64,000 bases of DNA from a virus (lineage: Duplodnaviria; Caudoviricetes): positions 5,300-69,299 of IMG/VR virus record IMGVR_UViG_3300044711_000045. One strand, written 5' to 3'. The translations under genes were made by a program, and so were the position numbers. Below are positions 8,443 to 17,267 of this stretch, piece by piece. The notes under the pieces were generated by a model. That model did not search any database and was not told the DNA's origin. It saw only the letters and a list, made by a program, of their open reading frames with translations. Within the stretch, counting starts at the first letter, position 1. The number at the start of each line of letters is the position of its first letter.

Positions 8443-10762
8443 TGGCTACGCAGTCAACGGCACGGTGCTTCGTGTTTGGTATTCGCAGTCATTTCTAGAC
8501 AGTGATGGAACGTTCATAGAAGGTGGCAGTGGGCAGAATGGGTTCTATATTCCCGTTCAATGCACTGTCACCAATACTGAAGTAGTCATACCGTCCTTTA
8601 ATCTTTGGAGCACAATCGATGCGCAAGACAACAATCCCGCATCAATTCGCTGTTTTGCTCAACTCTACAGTAATGGAACCCCAAAAGCTCACGTGTTCTC
8701 AGGGGCGTCTACGCCTACAGGGTGGACTATCTTCAATCCTGATCCCGCTAACTCGTGGACATTTGAAAATCTGCTGATATTGAATCAAGTCGGAGTACTC
8801 ACGAATCCGCCTAATAATCTCTACCCTACAATTCAGGAGATGATTGACTTTCAGAATAGCATTACGTATGCAAATGCTTCTGCGGTCATCAAAGGCATCA
8901 CCTACCTCTCCGACGCGCCGACAATCTCCACGGTGCCGAGAGCGTATGGGACGAATAGTGTGTTACAGCCTTCACTGACAACGCCCACCTATTACGTTTC
9001 GCAATTCGCTAACTTCCTCACGGCGTTAACGTTCATTGGCACTGATGAGTCCACGTTGGTGATCGATAAAGTTACCGCTGTAGGCACGTCCTCCGTCTCC
9101 ATTCCCGCCACGATGCGTATTCGCTGGGAAGGTGCGGGGATGTTGACGTTGACTACGAGCAGAACCCTGACTGTTCGTAGCAGCACAAGGGACTGGCCCG
9201 TACGCCAGTTGTTTAGTAACGCGCTGAGTGGGCAGGGGACGGTGAGTTTTAGTGGAAATCTCACCGCTACGGATTTTCGATCAGAATGGTGGGGAGGTGG
9301 GGTAGGGATCTCAGCTACGATCAATACCGCAGCGTGGAACGCTCTTGCCGCAGCCGTAGCCTCAGTCGCGGGAAATGGCGCAGGGACTATTCTCGCTTCC
9401 ACTGGTCAGTATGATTTCAATGGCTTAGTCACCTTCGGCACGGATGCGAACTTCAGCGACGTTAGCATCAAAGGAACGGGACTGTACACCTTATTTAACT
9501 GGACGGGTGCGACCAATGGAACTATGTTCCGAGTCAACAAGGGCCGAAACAATCGCTTCGATGATTTCCGGCTAACCAGTAGTGTCGCTATAGGAACAAC
9601 CATCGGGATGATCCTCACTGGACCATCGGGTAGTCTGCAAACTTCGGGATGCACATTTACCAACGTAACTGCTAGAGGATTTAGTAAGGGGCTATCCATC
9701 GGTGAGGGCAGCGCCTCGGCGGCAGAACTACAGTTTAATAACTGCAACTTCTCTGAGAATGCTACAGGTGTATTTCAGTCTGGCAATGGTAATACAGTAG
9801 TCATTTCTTACGTTAATACTTCGTTTGGTAATAACACCACAGCGGGATTGAATCTTGGCGATGGCAGTGGGGCGACTCATCTATTCGGTTGTAGCTTTGC
9901 CGCGAACGGGACAGCGGGTAACAACTCCACGGGAGACCTATTGCTTAGTCTGGGGTGGAACGGCACGGTACATATCGGTGGAGCGCGGTTTGAGATTGGC
10001 AATGGAACCACTGATGCCTTTCGCGGAGGCGTTATCAACTTAGGCGGAATGGGGTCGGTGAGCCTTCTTAATGCAGTGATTACTTCCGACGGTGTTCCCA
10101 CAGCGGTGCCTTTCATCATGGGGACTGGTAACTGGTTGATCGATGGTATGGCAGCCTTTGGTGACGGTGCCGATGGATTCATTTTAATTAACGTAGATGG
10201 TAATCAAAACGGCGCGTTAACGATCCGCAACTCCCGTATTCAAAACAGCAACACGCGCACGGTGCCGGGAGGTGGAGTCAACACTACGATGTTGGGGATT
10301 CAATTCGATCCCACCAACACCGGATCAATAGGACTGAGGATTAAAGCGGAAAACAACTTCGCTGGGGGTTTCGCTAAGTTTGACGACATTGATGCGGTTA
10401 TCGGGGAAGCGATTGGTGGAACGGGAAAAGTGATTGCAAATCGGCGTATTAACGCTGTCAGTGCTCAGGTATCGCAAGACTGGCAGACGTTTGGCAATCA
10501 GGACGCCACGCCCTCAGTTAAATGGGGCAACACATTCAAGACCAACGACACTGCGCCTGTCTCACAAACCACAATGGATGACGGGGTAGATGGTCAATTG
10601 GTGACGATCTATTTCGCAGACGGTAATCGCACGCTGGTTGATGGAGCGACACAACAATTAGCTGGTGGAGTGAACTTCGTTGCTACTGCGAATGACATGA
10701 TAACACTTCGGTACGTCTCTAGTATTCCAGCATGGATTGAAGTGAGTAGGTCGGTGAATTAG
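8396..10762 (+). CDS. Tailspike / receptor-binding protein with right-handed beta-helix (pectate-lyase-like)
   Basis: 788 aa. GTILASTGQYDFNG...VSIKGTG start of a beta-helix with repeated N/F/T ladder motifs, and a C-terminal LVDGATQQLAGGVNF...DMITLRY module. Confidence 0.8.
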   Translation: MAEITLDQIQPFPQANGYAVNGTVLRVWYSQSFLDSDGTFIEGGSGQNGFYIPVQCTVTNTEVVIPSFNLWSTIDAQDNNPASIRCFAQLYSNGTPKAHVFSGASTPTGWTIFNPDPANSWTFENLLILNQVGVLTNPPNNLYPTIQEMIDFQNSITYANASAVIKGITYLSDAPTISTVPRAYGTNSVLQPSLTTPTYYVSQFANFLTALTFIGTDESTLVIDKVTAVGTSSVSIPATMRIRWEGAGMLTLTTSRTLTVRSSTRDWPVRQLFSNALSGQGTVSFSGNLTATDFRSEWWGGGVGISATINTAAWNALAAAVASVAGNGAGTILASTGQYDFNGLVTFGTDANFSDVSIKGTGLYTLFNWTGATNGTMFRVNKGRNNRFDDFRLTSSVAIGTTIGMILTGPSGSLQTSGCTFTNVTARGFSKGLSIGEGSASAAELQFNNCNFSENATGVFQSGNGNTVVISYVNTSFGNNTTAGLNLGDGSGATHLFGCSFAANGTAGNNSTGDLLLSLGWNGTVHIGGARFEIGNGTTDAFRGGVINLGGMGSVSLLNAVITSDGVPTAVPFIMGTGNWLIDGMAAFGDGADGFILINVDGNQNGALTIRNSRIQNSNTRTVPGGGVNTTMLGIQFDPTNTGSIGLRIKAENNFAGGFAKFDDIDAVIGEAIGGTGKVIANRRINAVSAQVSQDWQTFGNQDATPSVKWGNTFKTNDTAPVSQTTMDDGVDGQLVTIYFADGNRTLVDGATQQLAGGVNFVATANDMITLRYVSSIPAWIEVSRSVN

Positions 10763-10772
10763 GGAGATTGTC

Positions 10773-10946
10773 ATGGAAGAGGTCGTTGATGGAATGGTTG
10801 TTCTAGTCTTTACCCCTCCCGGTGGAGGGAACTATCTGGTTTCGCTACCAGACAACCCGCATGTTCAGGGAGCAGGGGCAACCAAGCAACTAGCTGTAGA
10901 TGATTTACGAAATAAGTTAGCGCAAAGTGATGCACTTTCCGGGTGA
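10773..10946 (+). CDS. Small HicB-like (antitoxin N-domain fold) protein, not in ORF track
   Basis: RBS GGGAG, ATG 10773, TGA 10944-46. MEEVVDGMVVLVFTPPGGGNYLVSLPDNPHVQGAGATKQLAVDDLRNKLAQSDALSG resembles the HicB Y-x-V-x-x-PD-x-P...G-x-T-x-x-x-A pattern. Confidence 0.55.
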   Translation: MEEVVDGMVVLVFTPPGGGNYLVSLPDNPHVQGAGATKQLAVDDLRNKLAQSDALSG

Positions 10947-10950
10947 ATCA

Positions 10951-11727
10951 ATGAAATACTTCCTTGCACTTGTTTGCTTAATCGTTCTCTGCTTGACCAC
11001 GCAAGCGCAAAACCAACGCATCGAACTCACCACAGATTCAAATAAGGTTGTAGACCTCTCCACGACGACTTACGACTTCGGCGCCTACAAAAACAACACC
11101 TTCAAACTAGGCTACAACTCTGACGTGGCGGGAAATAAGATCGTCGATGGAGAGGTGGATTTCGCGGTTCGCTTTGAACCGAAGTGGTCCATGAGTGAGG
11201 GGTATCACACTGAGATCTACTTGGAGTGGACTTCAGCTAATGGAACGATACTCAAGAAGCGTCCGTGGGGATTCAACATCGTTGACGCTACGGGAGATGT
11301 AATTGGCCGCATGCAGGGGCGCTGGTCGTTCTTCGACAACGCGGGGAACCAAACTGGCATGTGGTTACAGGAGGGCGTGCTGGACTTCTACACAGCAAAT
11401 GGCGCGGTACGTTTCCGCAACAATGTGAATGCCATCCGAGCTTACAATACCGCTCTCACCGGCGATGTAACCTTATTGAAATTCGATAACCAAAATCGTG
11501 TCGTGCTTTCGCCGGACGGTGCGCCCATCGTTCTCGGTGGCCCAATTGAAAACATCTACTACACTGGAAGGGTGTACAAGCGCGGTGATACCGACGTGCA
11601 GATACTTGGAAAGCAGTGCAGTTTGGTCGCCGAGCCAGACAGCACCTTGACGGACATTCGCCGGGCTCTGATAGACACACTGAACTGCTTAAAAGATCAC
11701 GGACTCATGGCGAAGCCGTTGATGTAG
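10951..11727 (+). CDS. Protein with Sec signal peptide and fibre-like C-terminal helix
   Basis: MKYFLALVCLIVLCLTTQA|Q. The C-terminus RRALIDTLNCLKDHGLM resembles phage fibre/decoration tails. Confidence 0.6.
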   Translation: MKYFLALVCLIVLCLTTQAQNQRIELTTDSNKVVDLSTTTYDFGAYKNNTFKLGYNSDVAGNKIVDGEVDFAVRFEPKWSMSEGYHTEIYLEWTSANGTILKKRPWGFNIVDATGDVIGRMQGRWSFFDNAGNQTGMWLQEGVLDFYTANGAVRFRNNVNAIRAYNTALTGDVTLLKFDNQNRVVLSPDGAPIVLGGPIENIYYTGRVYKRGDTDVQILGKQCSLVAEPDSTLTDIRRALIDTLNCLKDHGLMAKPLM

Positions 11728-11804
11728 GGTATGGTAAGATAACTCAAACATTCTGGGCACGTAGTTCAACGATTACGTTGGCCTTAGTCGAAAGGCTTGT
11801 AAAG

Positions 11805-13085
11805 ATGCAAAACTCTCTGGTTGGACCTCAAGTATTCAAAGCTAACAGCGTAAGAAGTGGATCGACATTACCGTCGTCGCCTGCGGCTGGGGATGTGTTC
11901 GAGAAAACATCCGGCGGCAATGAGGGGTTTTATGCCGCTGCCAGTGCGGGAGTGTGGAGTGGGCCATTTGGAACAGGCAGTGGCACCGTAACAAGCGTAG
12001 ATGCATCTGGCGGCACCGAGACAACCACCGGCTCTCCCATTACCACTACCGGCACCATTCGTAGTTCAGAGTTGGTAAACGCACGTGGTACCGCCGCGTC
12101 ATACACCATCGCCGATTCTGATCGCGGCAAAGCCATAACCTCTACGCGGGCTTCGGCGGTAGCGTTCACACTGCCTCAGGCGGGTACTGCGGGAGCATTC
12201 GCGTCGGGTTGGTGGTGCGACGTTGTAAAGCCGGGTGGCGCGGGAGTCATAACCATCACCCCTACGGTTTCCACTATCAACAATGGCTTGTCATCTTTGA
12301 CGGTGAGTCAGGGCCAAAGCGTCCGCATTATCAGCGATGGCACGAACTATCAAGTAGCTGCATTGACAGTACCGTATCTAGCGGCTTCGACCTTATGGGG
12401 GCGAGGTTCTGCAGGAGGAACGGGCTTTGGGGAACCGATTGCCCTCGGTGCTAATTTGACAATGAGCGGCACAACGCTGGTGGGCAGCGGCATTTCCGGC
12501 ACCGGCACTGAGAACACTCTGGCTAAGTTTGGGGCGGGAGGAACAAGCGTAGGGAATAGTCAGATAACAGATGATGGAACAGACATTGCGGCGTCTACGC
12601 CGGGAAGCGTTCTTCTTACTTCTACCAATGGACAACACGTAACTTTGGGCGCGGGCACTAACACCGTTGATGTTGATGGAGCAAATGATCAAGTAACCAT
12701 CACGGGACTTTTAGCCTTCACCGCCGCCGCCTCAACAGAATCTCTAGCCATAGACGGAGTAGCACACACAGCAACTCTAACCGCAGCTACCAGTGCTGGG
12801 TTTGTCAGTCCCATCCTAAAGCTATCAACCACTTCAGACCTAACCGCCACACCTACGATCAATACGCCAAGCGGCATTGTGCGTATCGCTGCTGCTGCAT
12901 CTACAGTTACGGTCACTGTCACTGGCATGACCTCTGCTTGGACCGTTCAAGCGACTGTGCGCAGTAACGATACTACTCTCAAAACCGTTAGCGCTCTCCC
13001 TGGTTCCGGCTCCGTAGTTCTAACCGGCAATGCTGCGGCTACGGGAAACACAGACGTGCAAATTCTCGTACTAGCGCCAAACTAA
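11805..13085 (+). CDS. Tail-fibre-like structural protein
   Basis: Likely start ATG 11805 after GAAAGG. G/T/S/A-rich with SYTIADSDRGKAI and STLWGRGSAGG...LGANLTMSGTTL fibre motifs. Confidence 0.65.
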   Translation: MQNSLVGPQVFKANSVRSGSTLPSSPAAGDVFEKTSGGNEGFYAAASAGVWSGPFGTGSGTVTSVDASGGTETTTGSPITTTGTIRSSELVNARGTAASYTIADSDRGKAITSTRASAVAFTLPQAGTAGAFASGWWCDVVKPGGAGVITITPTVSTINNGLSSLTVSQGQSVRIISDGTNYQVAALTVPYLAASTLWGRGSAGGTGFGEPIALGANLTMSGTTLVGSGISGTGTENTLAKFGAGGTSVGNSQITDDGTDIAASTPGSVLLTSTNGQHVTLGAGTNTVDVDGANDQVTITGLLAFTAAASTESLAIDGVAHTATLTAATSAGFVSPILKLSTTSDLTATPTINTPSGIVRIAAAASTVTVTVTGMTSAWTVQATVRSNDTTLKTVSALPGSGSVVLTGNAAATGNTDVQILVLAPN

Positions 13086-13116
13086 GGAGATTCTTGATGA
13101 AGGAAAGGGGCGTAAC

Positions 13117-13308
13117 ATGAAATTCTTTCTTACTATCGCAGTGCTGTTGGTCGCGTCATTTACGGCACATGCTCAATGCCAGAACGGCGATCTCTGGAAG
13201 GTCAACACTTCAACTAAGTTAATGGAGTGCGTTGCTCCGGCTGCGCTACCTGTTTCCAGTGCGGCTCAGGCCGGAACAACGAAGGTGGGTTGGGTAGTAA
13301 TCAACTAA
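13117..13308 (+). CDS. Small secreted protein
   Basis: MKFFLTIAVLLVASFTAHA|Q signal peptide, two Cys. Confidence 0.55.
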   Translation: MKFFLTIAVLLVASFTAHAQCQNGDLWKVNTSTKLMECVAPAALPVSSAAQAGTTKVGWVVIN

Positions 13309-13318
13309 AGGAGTAGCT

Positions 13319-13768
13319 ATGGCAATCAGCGTTCTCACTCTTGATGATTCAGACAAACTCTATAAGTCGGGCACAGGTGCGGCTAAGTCCATATTTCAGT
13401 TTGTCTATGATTTTTCCGTTTTGGGCGGGGCTACCGGCTCCATTCCTCTCACTCAAATCAATGGTCCACTACCAAACAATTTCATCGTTCAGAACGCCTT
13501 CATTGATACGATCTCAGGGCTAACAGGTGGGGCTGGATCGACCGGTGCAGTTACGACCGGACAGGGCGCGGGAGATCTGGTTATTGCTACCGTTATCGCG
13601 GGAGCGCCATTCTCCACGGTTGGGCCTAAGATCACCATTCCACTCTTGGGCACGATTGCCACGTGGATCAAGACTACTGCGCAACGTACTCCAGCGTTGG
13701 TTGTAGCGGTTAATGCTGTGACGGCGGGGAAATTCAACCTTTGGATCGAAGGCGTGCTCAGCGCGTAA
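13319..13768 (+). CDS. Putative capsid decoration/cement-like protein
   Basis: RBS AAGGAG. Beta-sandwich-like composition, YDFSVLGGATG...AGKFNLWIE. Confidence 0.45.
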   Translation: MAISVLTLDDSDKLYKSGTGAAKSIFQFVYDFSVLGGATGSIPLTQINGPLPNNFIVQNAFIDTISGLTGGAGSTGAVTTGQGAGDLVIATVIAGAPFSTVGPKITIPLLGTIATWIKTTAQRTPALVVAVNAVTAGKFNLWIEGVLSA

Positions 13769-13811
13769 GTATGTCTGAATTGTCAGCATCACGCACTAGG
13801 AGTGGTTGTGA

Positions 13812-14234
13812 ATGAATCCATCTCAGTTAATTCAAAGCGTAGTGGCGGCGTTGATTATCGCGGCCATCCTTGGTCTGGCGAAGATGGTCATGGGCAAGGC
13901 CGACAAGTCCGACGTAACCAAGAACTACAATGAGCACAAAGCAGATGATCTCAAAGAACACAACGACATGCGTGAGCTTGTGTCCAAGATGGACGTTAAG
14001 CTGGACGCCGCACTGCTTATTGTCGGGGCGGCGATTACCCGACCAGAACTGGCAGAAAAGATTCTCGCTATGACCGGTCGCTCTGACGACAGGATGGCGC
14101 GGGTAACGGCAGACATCGTGCAACTATTCACCAAGGTTGAGGCTAACGCTAAATCGGGGGTTGAAACGGAAAAGAAGTTAGACGACCTGCCTAGTCGGGT
14201 GCGGACGTTGGAAGAGAATCAAAAGAGAAGCTAA
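13812..14234 (+). CDS. Membrane-anchored coiled-coil protein (possible lysis accessory)
   Basis: N-terminal TM (LIQSVVAALIIAAILGLA) followed by a helical charged region. Confidence 0.5.
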   Translation: MNPSQLIQSVVAALIIAAILGLAKMVMGKADKSDVTKNYNEHKADDLKEHNDMRELVSKMDVKLDAALLIVGAAITRPELAEKILAMTGRSDDRMARVTADIVQLFTKVEANAKSGVETEKKLDDLPSRVRTLEENQKRS

Positions 14235-14298
14235 TTTCCTCACCTACCTGAAGCCTGAGAGGGGGCATGGGACTAAACGACTAAACTTTAACAGAGTA

Positions 14299-15000
14299 TT
14301 AGTTGAGGTGAGGGCGCACGTCAACAAAGTGCGGCACAAACTCGCCTTGAACGCATCCCGGTACGGGGATTAGGTTGTCACCTCGCACGTCAATTCCTTC
14401 TAACGTACTCATTTTTTGATGCCACGACTTCGAGAATTCTTCTCGAATTCCTTTTAAGTTTACTAACAAGTGAAAGCCCGAATGAGTTTTGAGAACCTTC
14501 ACGCAATCGAGATTCAAAATACCGTCAACCTTGGCGAGCGTTGTGTCTAACTCAACGTTATCGAAGTCGAAGTCGTACCAGACTTTGCGACTACAAGCAC
14601 GGTGAATCTCGCTCATGATTTCCTGATGCGGATTGTAGCCGTTATATTCCTGAGTCATGAGCGTGGCAAACTTGATTAGCCCGTTCTTGGTAGCAGCATA
14701 CATATCACGTGGGTTGACGCTGATATACAAAGCTAGTGCCTCTTGCGGAATTGTCTCGCCCTTAATCGAGTATGAATCTAGCGGGCACTCAAGCTGTAGG
14801 ATCTTCTCTCGCAGTCGGTTGGTCTTGGACGTAAACCGTTTGCATTGCGCTTTGTCAGTTTTGATGTTCTTAATCTCAGCGCAATACTTCTTGCGAGCGA
14901 ACAGCGCAACGTAAAAGATTTCATTCTCACGCAATTCGGGAAGCCATTCAATAAAGCTATCCAACAATGCGGAGTCCTTGATTATTTGGTAGTGGCTCAT
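14299..15000 (-). CDS. Archaeo-eukaryotic primase (AEP/PrimPol) superfamily protein
   Basis: Motif I YDFDFD, motif II KTHSGFHLL, motif III GDNLIPVPG. Start overlaps the ligase stop. Confidence 0.7.
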   Translation of the reverse strand: MSHYQIIKDSALLDSFIEWLPELRENEIFYVALFARKKYCAEIKNIKTDKAQCKRFTSKTNRLREKILQLECPLDSYSIKGETIPQEALALYISVNPRDMYAATKNGLIKFATLMTQEYNGYNPHQEIMSEIHRACSRKVWYDFDFDNVELDTTLAKVDGILNLDCVKVLKTHSGFHLLVNLKGIREEFSKSWHQKMSTLEGIDVRGDNLIPVPGCVQGEFVPHFVDVRPHLN

Positions 15001-15620
15001 GCGAAGTCCTTCGTCTTAAGTTTCACGATGAGCCGTGCACCCTTCTTGTCGAACAGAGGTTCAGCCGTTCGGCCTACAAGTCCCTCTGCGGCCATTGGTG
15101 CCATTGCTAACGGTGACTTAAATCCCACTCGCACCATCTCAGTTGCGGCTTCCAATGACATCTCACCAACGAAAGGTACTACATCAATTTCAAGCTTCTC
15201 CGCAACGTCGCAAGTGTTCTCCCAGTTGAGCCACCACTTACCACCAACGAGAACGTCAAACGCAATGAATTTCTTCGACGCTGAATAGCCGCCGCCCTTT
15301 TGAATTCCCGCGCCATAGCCTTCGCCGTAGATTACAGCGGTTGTATCAGGGAACACTTCGGCCAACTTTACGGGGCTAATCAGCTCGTACAGGTGTTTGA
15401 TTAAATCGCCGTGAATCTGCGCGTTGTCAGTCTTGCCGCCAAACGACAGTTTTCCGTCCTGCCAGATGATACGAATGTTCGTACCGTCAATCTTCTCTGT
15501 CCACTGCCAAGTTTTGATTAGTGAGTAGGTACGGTTCTTAAGCTTCGATGGATCGACTTTGAAAGTCGCCATGTCGCGCTCGTAAAGGGTTTCGATTTTG
15601 TGAAAGGGATAGGTTTCCAT
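14997..15620 (-). CDS. ATP-dependent RNA ligase (Rnl2-like adenylyltransferase domain)
   Basis: TEKIDGTNIRI (motif I), YGEGYG (III), FIAFDV (IIIa), EGLVGR (IV), IVKLKTKDF (V). Confidence 0.85.
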   Translation of the reverse strand: METYPFHKIETLYERDMATFKVDPSKLKNRTYSLIKTWQWTEKIDGTNIRIIWQDGKLSFGGKTDNAQIHGDLIKHLYELISPVKLAEVFPDTTAVIYGEGYGAGIQKGGGYSASKKFIAFDVLVGGKWWLNWENTCDVAEKLEIDVVPFVGEMSLEAATEMVRVGFKSPLAMAPMAAEGLVGRTAEPLFDKKGARLIVKLKTKDFA

Positions 15621-15643
15621 TATTCAGTCTCCTGCTGTGACTT

Positions 15644-15730
15644 TGGTGCTAGCGGCTGGACTTGAACCAACACGGCCATAAGGCCAACGGCTTTTAAGGC
15701 CGTCGCGTCTACCAATTCCGCCACGCTAGC
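15644..15730 (-). tRNA. trnL: tRNA-Leu (anticodon UAA), CCA encoded
   Basis: Reverse complement GCTAGCG-TG-GCGGAATTGGTAGACGC-G-ACGGC CTTAAAA GCCGT-long variable arm-GTTGG TTCAAGT CCAGC-CGCTAGC-ACCA. Confidence 0.95.
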
Positions 15731-15788
15731 GTTAATTGTTAATTGATGAATCTAACGACAAGTCCATTAATCAGCCTCCTGTGGCTTT

Positions 15789-15868
15789 GGAAGAACGATG
15801 GTTGCGGTCGCCGGTAACGCTCACGGCTTTCGAGGTTATGAGCCTCGTGTGACCTTGTTCACTTCCCC
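15789..15868 (-). ncRNA. Compact structured element upstream of the tRNA (three-way junction, possible kissing loops)
   Basis: Stems GGAAG.GAAC/GUUCUUCC, GGUC/GACC, CGAGG/CCUCG and GCCG/CGGC. Loop sequences GCUCA and UGAGC are complementary. Strand inferred from the downstream tRNA. Confidence 0.45.
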
Positions 15869-15935
15869 GCACGAGAATAATAACACAGTTGTCAATATCC
15901 CCTTCAATAAAAATCATTTGTACGATAACCGAACT

Positions 15936-16157
15936 ATGCTACACTGCGCACCAATGGGCGACGAGCATCGACATGAGCAGGAGCACGTAATCCGCTTTGA
16001 TCGCGGGCAGCTCAAGGAACTCATAGCAACTGCGAACAAGCTTATTGACCTCTTCGCCGCTAAGGACCAAGCAATCATCAACCGACTCACTCAGAAACTA
16101 AAACAATCAAACGATTCCGTGCAGAAGGCGGAACAAGCTAACGAAGGAGACTTATAA
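15936..16157 (+). CDS. Hypothetical coiled-coil protein
   Basis: Start probably ATG 15936 or 15954 rather than 15798, which lies in the structured element. Coupled to the next gene. Confidence 0.5.
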   Translation: MLHCAPMGDEHRHEQEHVIRFDRGQLKELIATANKLIDLFAAKDQAIINRLTQKLKQSNDSVQKAEQANEGDL

Positions 16158-16366
16158 TGGCAGACTTTAATTCACTTCAGGCGGAAGTAGACCGCGCCGT
16201 GACTTTGGGCAATCGAGCAATCGAGATGCTGCGGGCGATACCGGGCCGTATTCAAGCCGCCGTAGACGCTGACAACCTTGCAGACAATTCAGCCGTAGCG
16301 AAGCTTGCGGAGACGTTGAAGACGGAGAATGATGCACTGTTGGCGGAAGAAGACGCAAACGCCTAA
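16157..16366 (+). CDS. Small acidic helical protein
   Basis: RBS AAGGAG, TAATG coupling on both sides. Confidence 0.65.
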   Translation: MADFNSLQAEVDRAVTLGNRAIEMLRAIPGRIQAAVDADNLADNSAVAKLAETLKTENDALLAEEDANA

Positions 16367-16500
16367 TGCGTCCACGGGCAACTAAAACCTGCGCCGAATG
16401 GTTGACCTACTGCTTATCAATTGGTTGGCAGAAGGACGATCTAGACGCACTTGAAGCATTGTGGTGGAAGTACCATGATGAGTATGGGCGACTAATCTGA
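16366..16500 (+). CDS. 44-aa hypothetical protein (not in track)
   Basis: TAATG coupling. MRPRATKTCAEWLTYCLSIGWQKDDLDALEALWWKYHDEYGRLI. Confidence 0.55.
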   Translation: MRPRATKTCAEWLTYCLSIGWQKDDLDALEALWWKYHDEYGRLI

Positions 16501-16588
16501 TGTGCCACAACGGACGCCATTTGTTTTTCAACAACTCGAAAGTCTGCGCGTGCAAACTCGTGGACTTAACACGATTTCCATCGACACA

Positions 16589-16804
16589 ATGACGATCCTC
16601 TTAATCACACTGGCACTATGGGGCGCGTCAGGTCACGCTGCTTACCATCTCTGCGCACGAGCACCACAGCAAGACCGCAGACCTGATAAGCCCGTGATGC
16701 CGTTACCAGTGGTAGTGTTTTATTTAGGAGGGCCACTGGCACTATTGGTGGAGATTGCGGCTCATGTGCGCTTGAAGCGGACAGGATTGAAGTTGGTCCA
16801 CTGA
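16589..16804 (+). CDS. Small membrane protein
   Basis: Two hydrophobic segments. Confidence 0.45.
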   Translation: MTILLITLALWGASGHAAYHLCARAPQQDRRPDKPVMPLPVVVFYLGGPLALLVEIAAHVRLKRTGLKLVH

Positions 16805-16910
16805 CGACTAACGACTTTCCAGCAACTCACCCAGTCCCGCCTTCTTCAACAGGAATGCGTGTCGTGCATGGGTGAGTTGATGGGAGCCTTAGTTGAAGGA
16901 CGGTGAGGTA

Positions 16911-17225
16911 GTGAAGAGGTTTCGCAAAAAGCCGATAGTGGTTGAGGCGGTCCAATGGAACGTAGGCGGTGCGCTTCTGGGCCGTGAATGCGAGGATTGT
17001 GACGCTGTAAGAGGCACAAGCTACCTCGAAATCAATCAAATGCTTGGGACTTCCGGTTGCTCGAACGACGAGACTATGTGGGATTGGTCGCGCATGGGTA
17101 TAATCGAGACATTGGAAGGCAAGCATGTCGTAACGCCAAACGATTGGATCATCAAGGGCGTTAAGGGTGAGTTTTATCCGTGCAAGTCGGACATCTTTGA
17201 GGCGACCTACGAGGCGGTAGAGTAG
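16911..17225 (+). CDS. Conserved phage hypothetical protein (KKPIVVEAVQW...GEFYPCKxDIFxxTYE type)
   Basis: GAGGT RBS then GTG 16911. Motif frequent in phages. Confidence 0.75.
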   Translation: MKRFRKKPIVVEAVQWNVGGALLGRECEDCDAVRGTSYLEINQMLGTSGCSNDETMWDWSRMGIIETLEGKHVVTPNDWIIKGVKGEFYPCKSDIFEATYEAVE

Positions 17226-17267
17226 CGACTAACCTAATCAGGTACAACCGCAAGAAAGGTTGATTGA

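Noticed and set aside
8396-13085. Diversity-generating retroelement acting on fibre genes
   Set aside because: No reverse transcriptase and no TR/VR repeat pair differing at adenines was seen.
10951-13308. Bacteroidota host suggested by Gln after signal-peptide cleavage sites
   Set aside because: Promoters are TTGACA/TATAAT-type and SD sites are strong, unlike Bacteroidota. The host remains unassigned.
15798-15935. N-terminal extension of ORF 15798-16157
   Set aside because: It lacks an RBS, runs through the structured element and promoter-like AT-rich tract, and downstream ATGs are more plausible.
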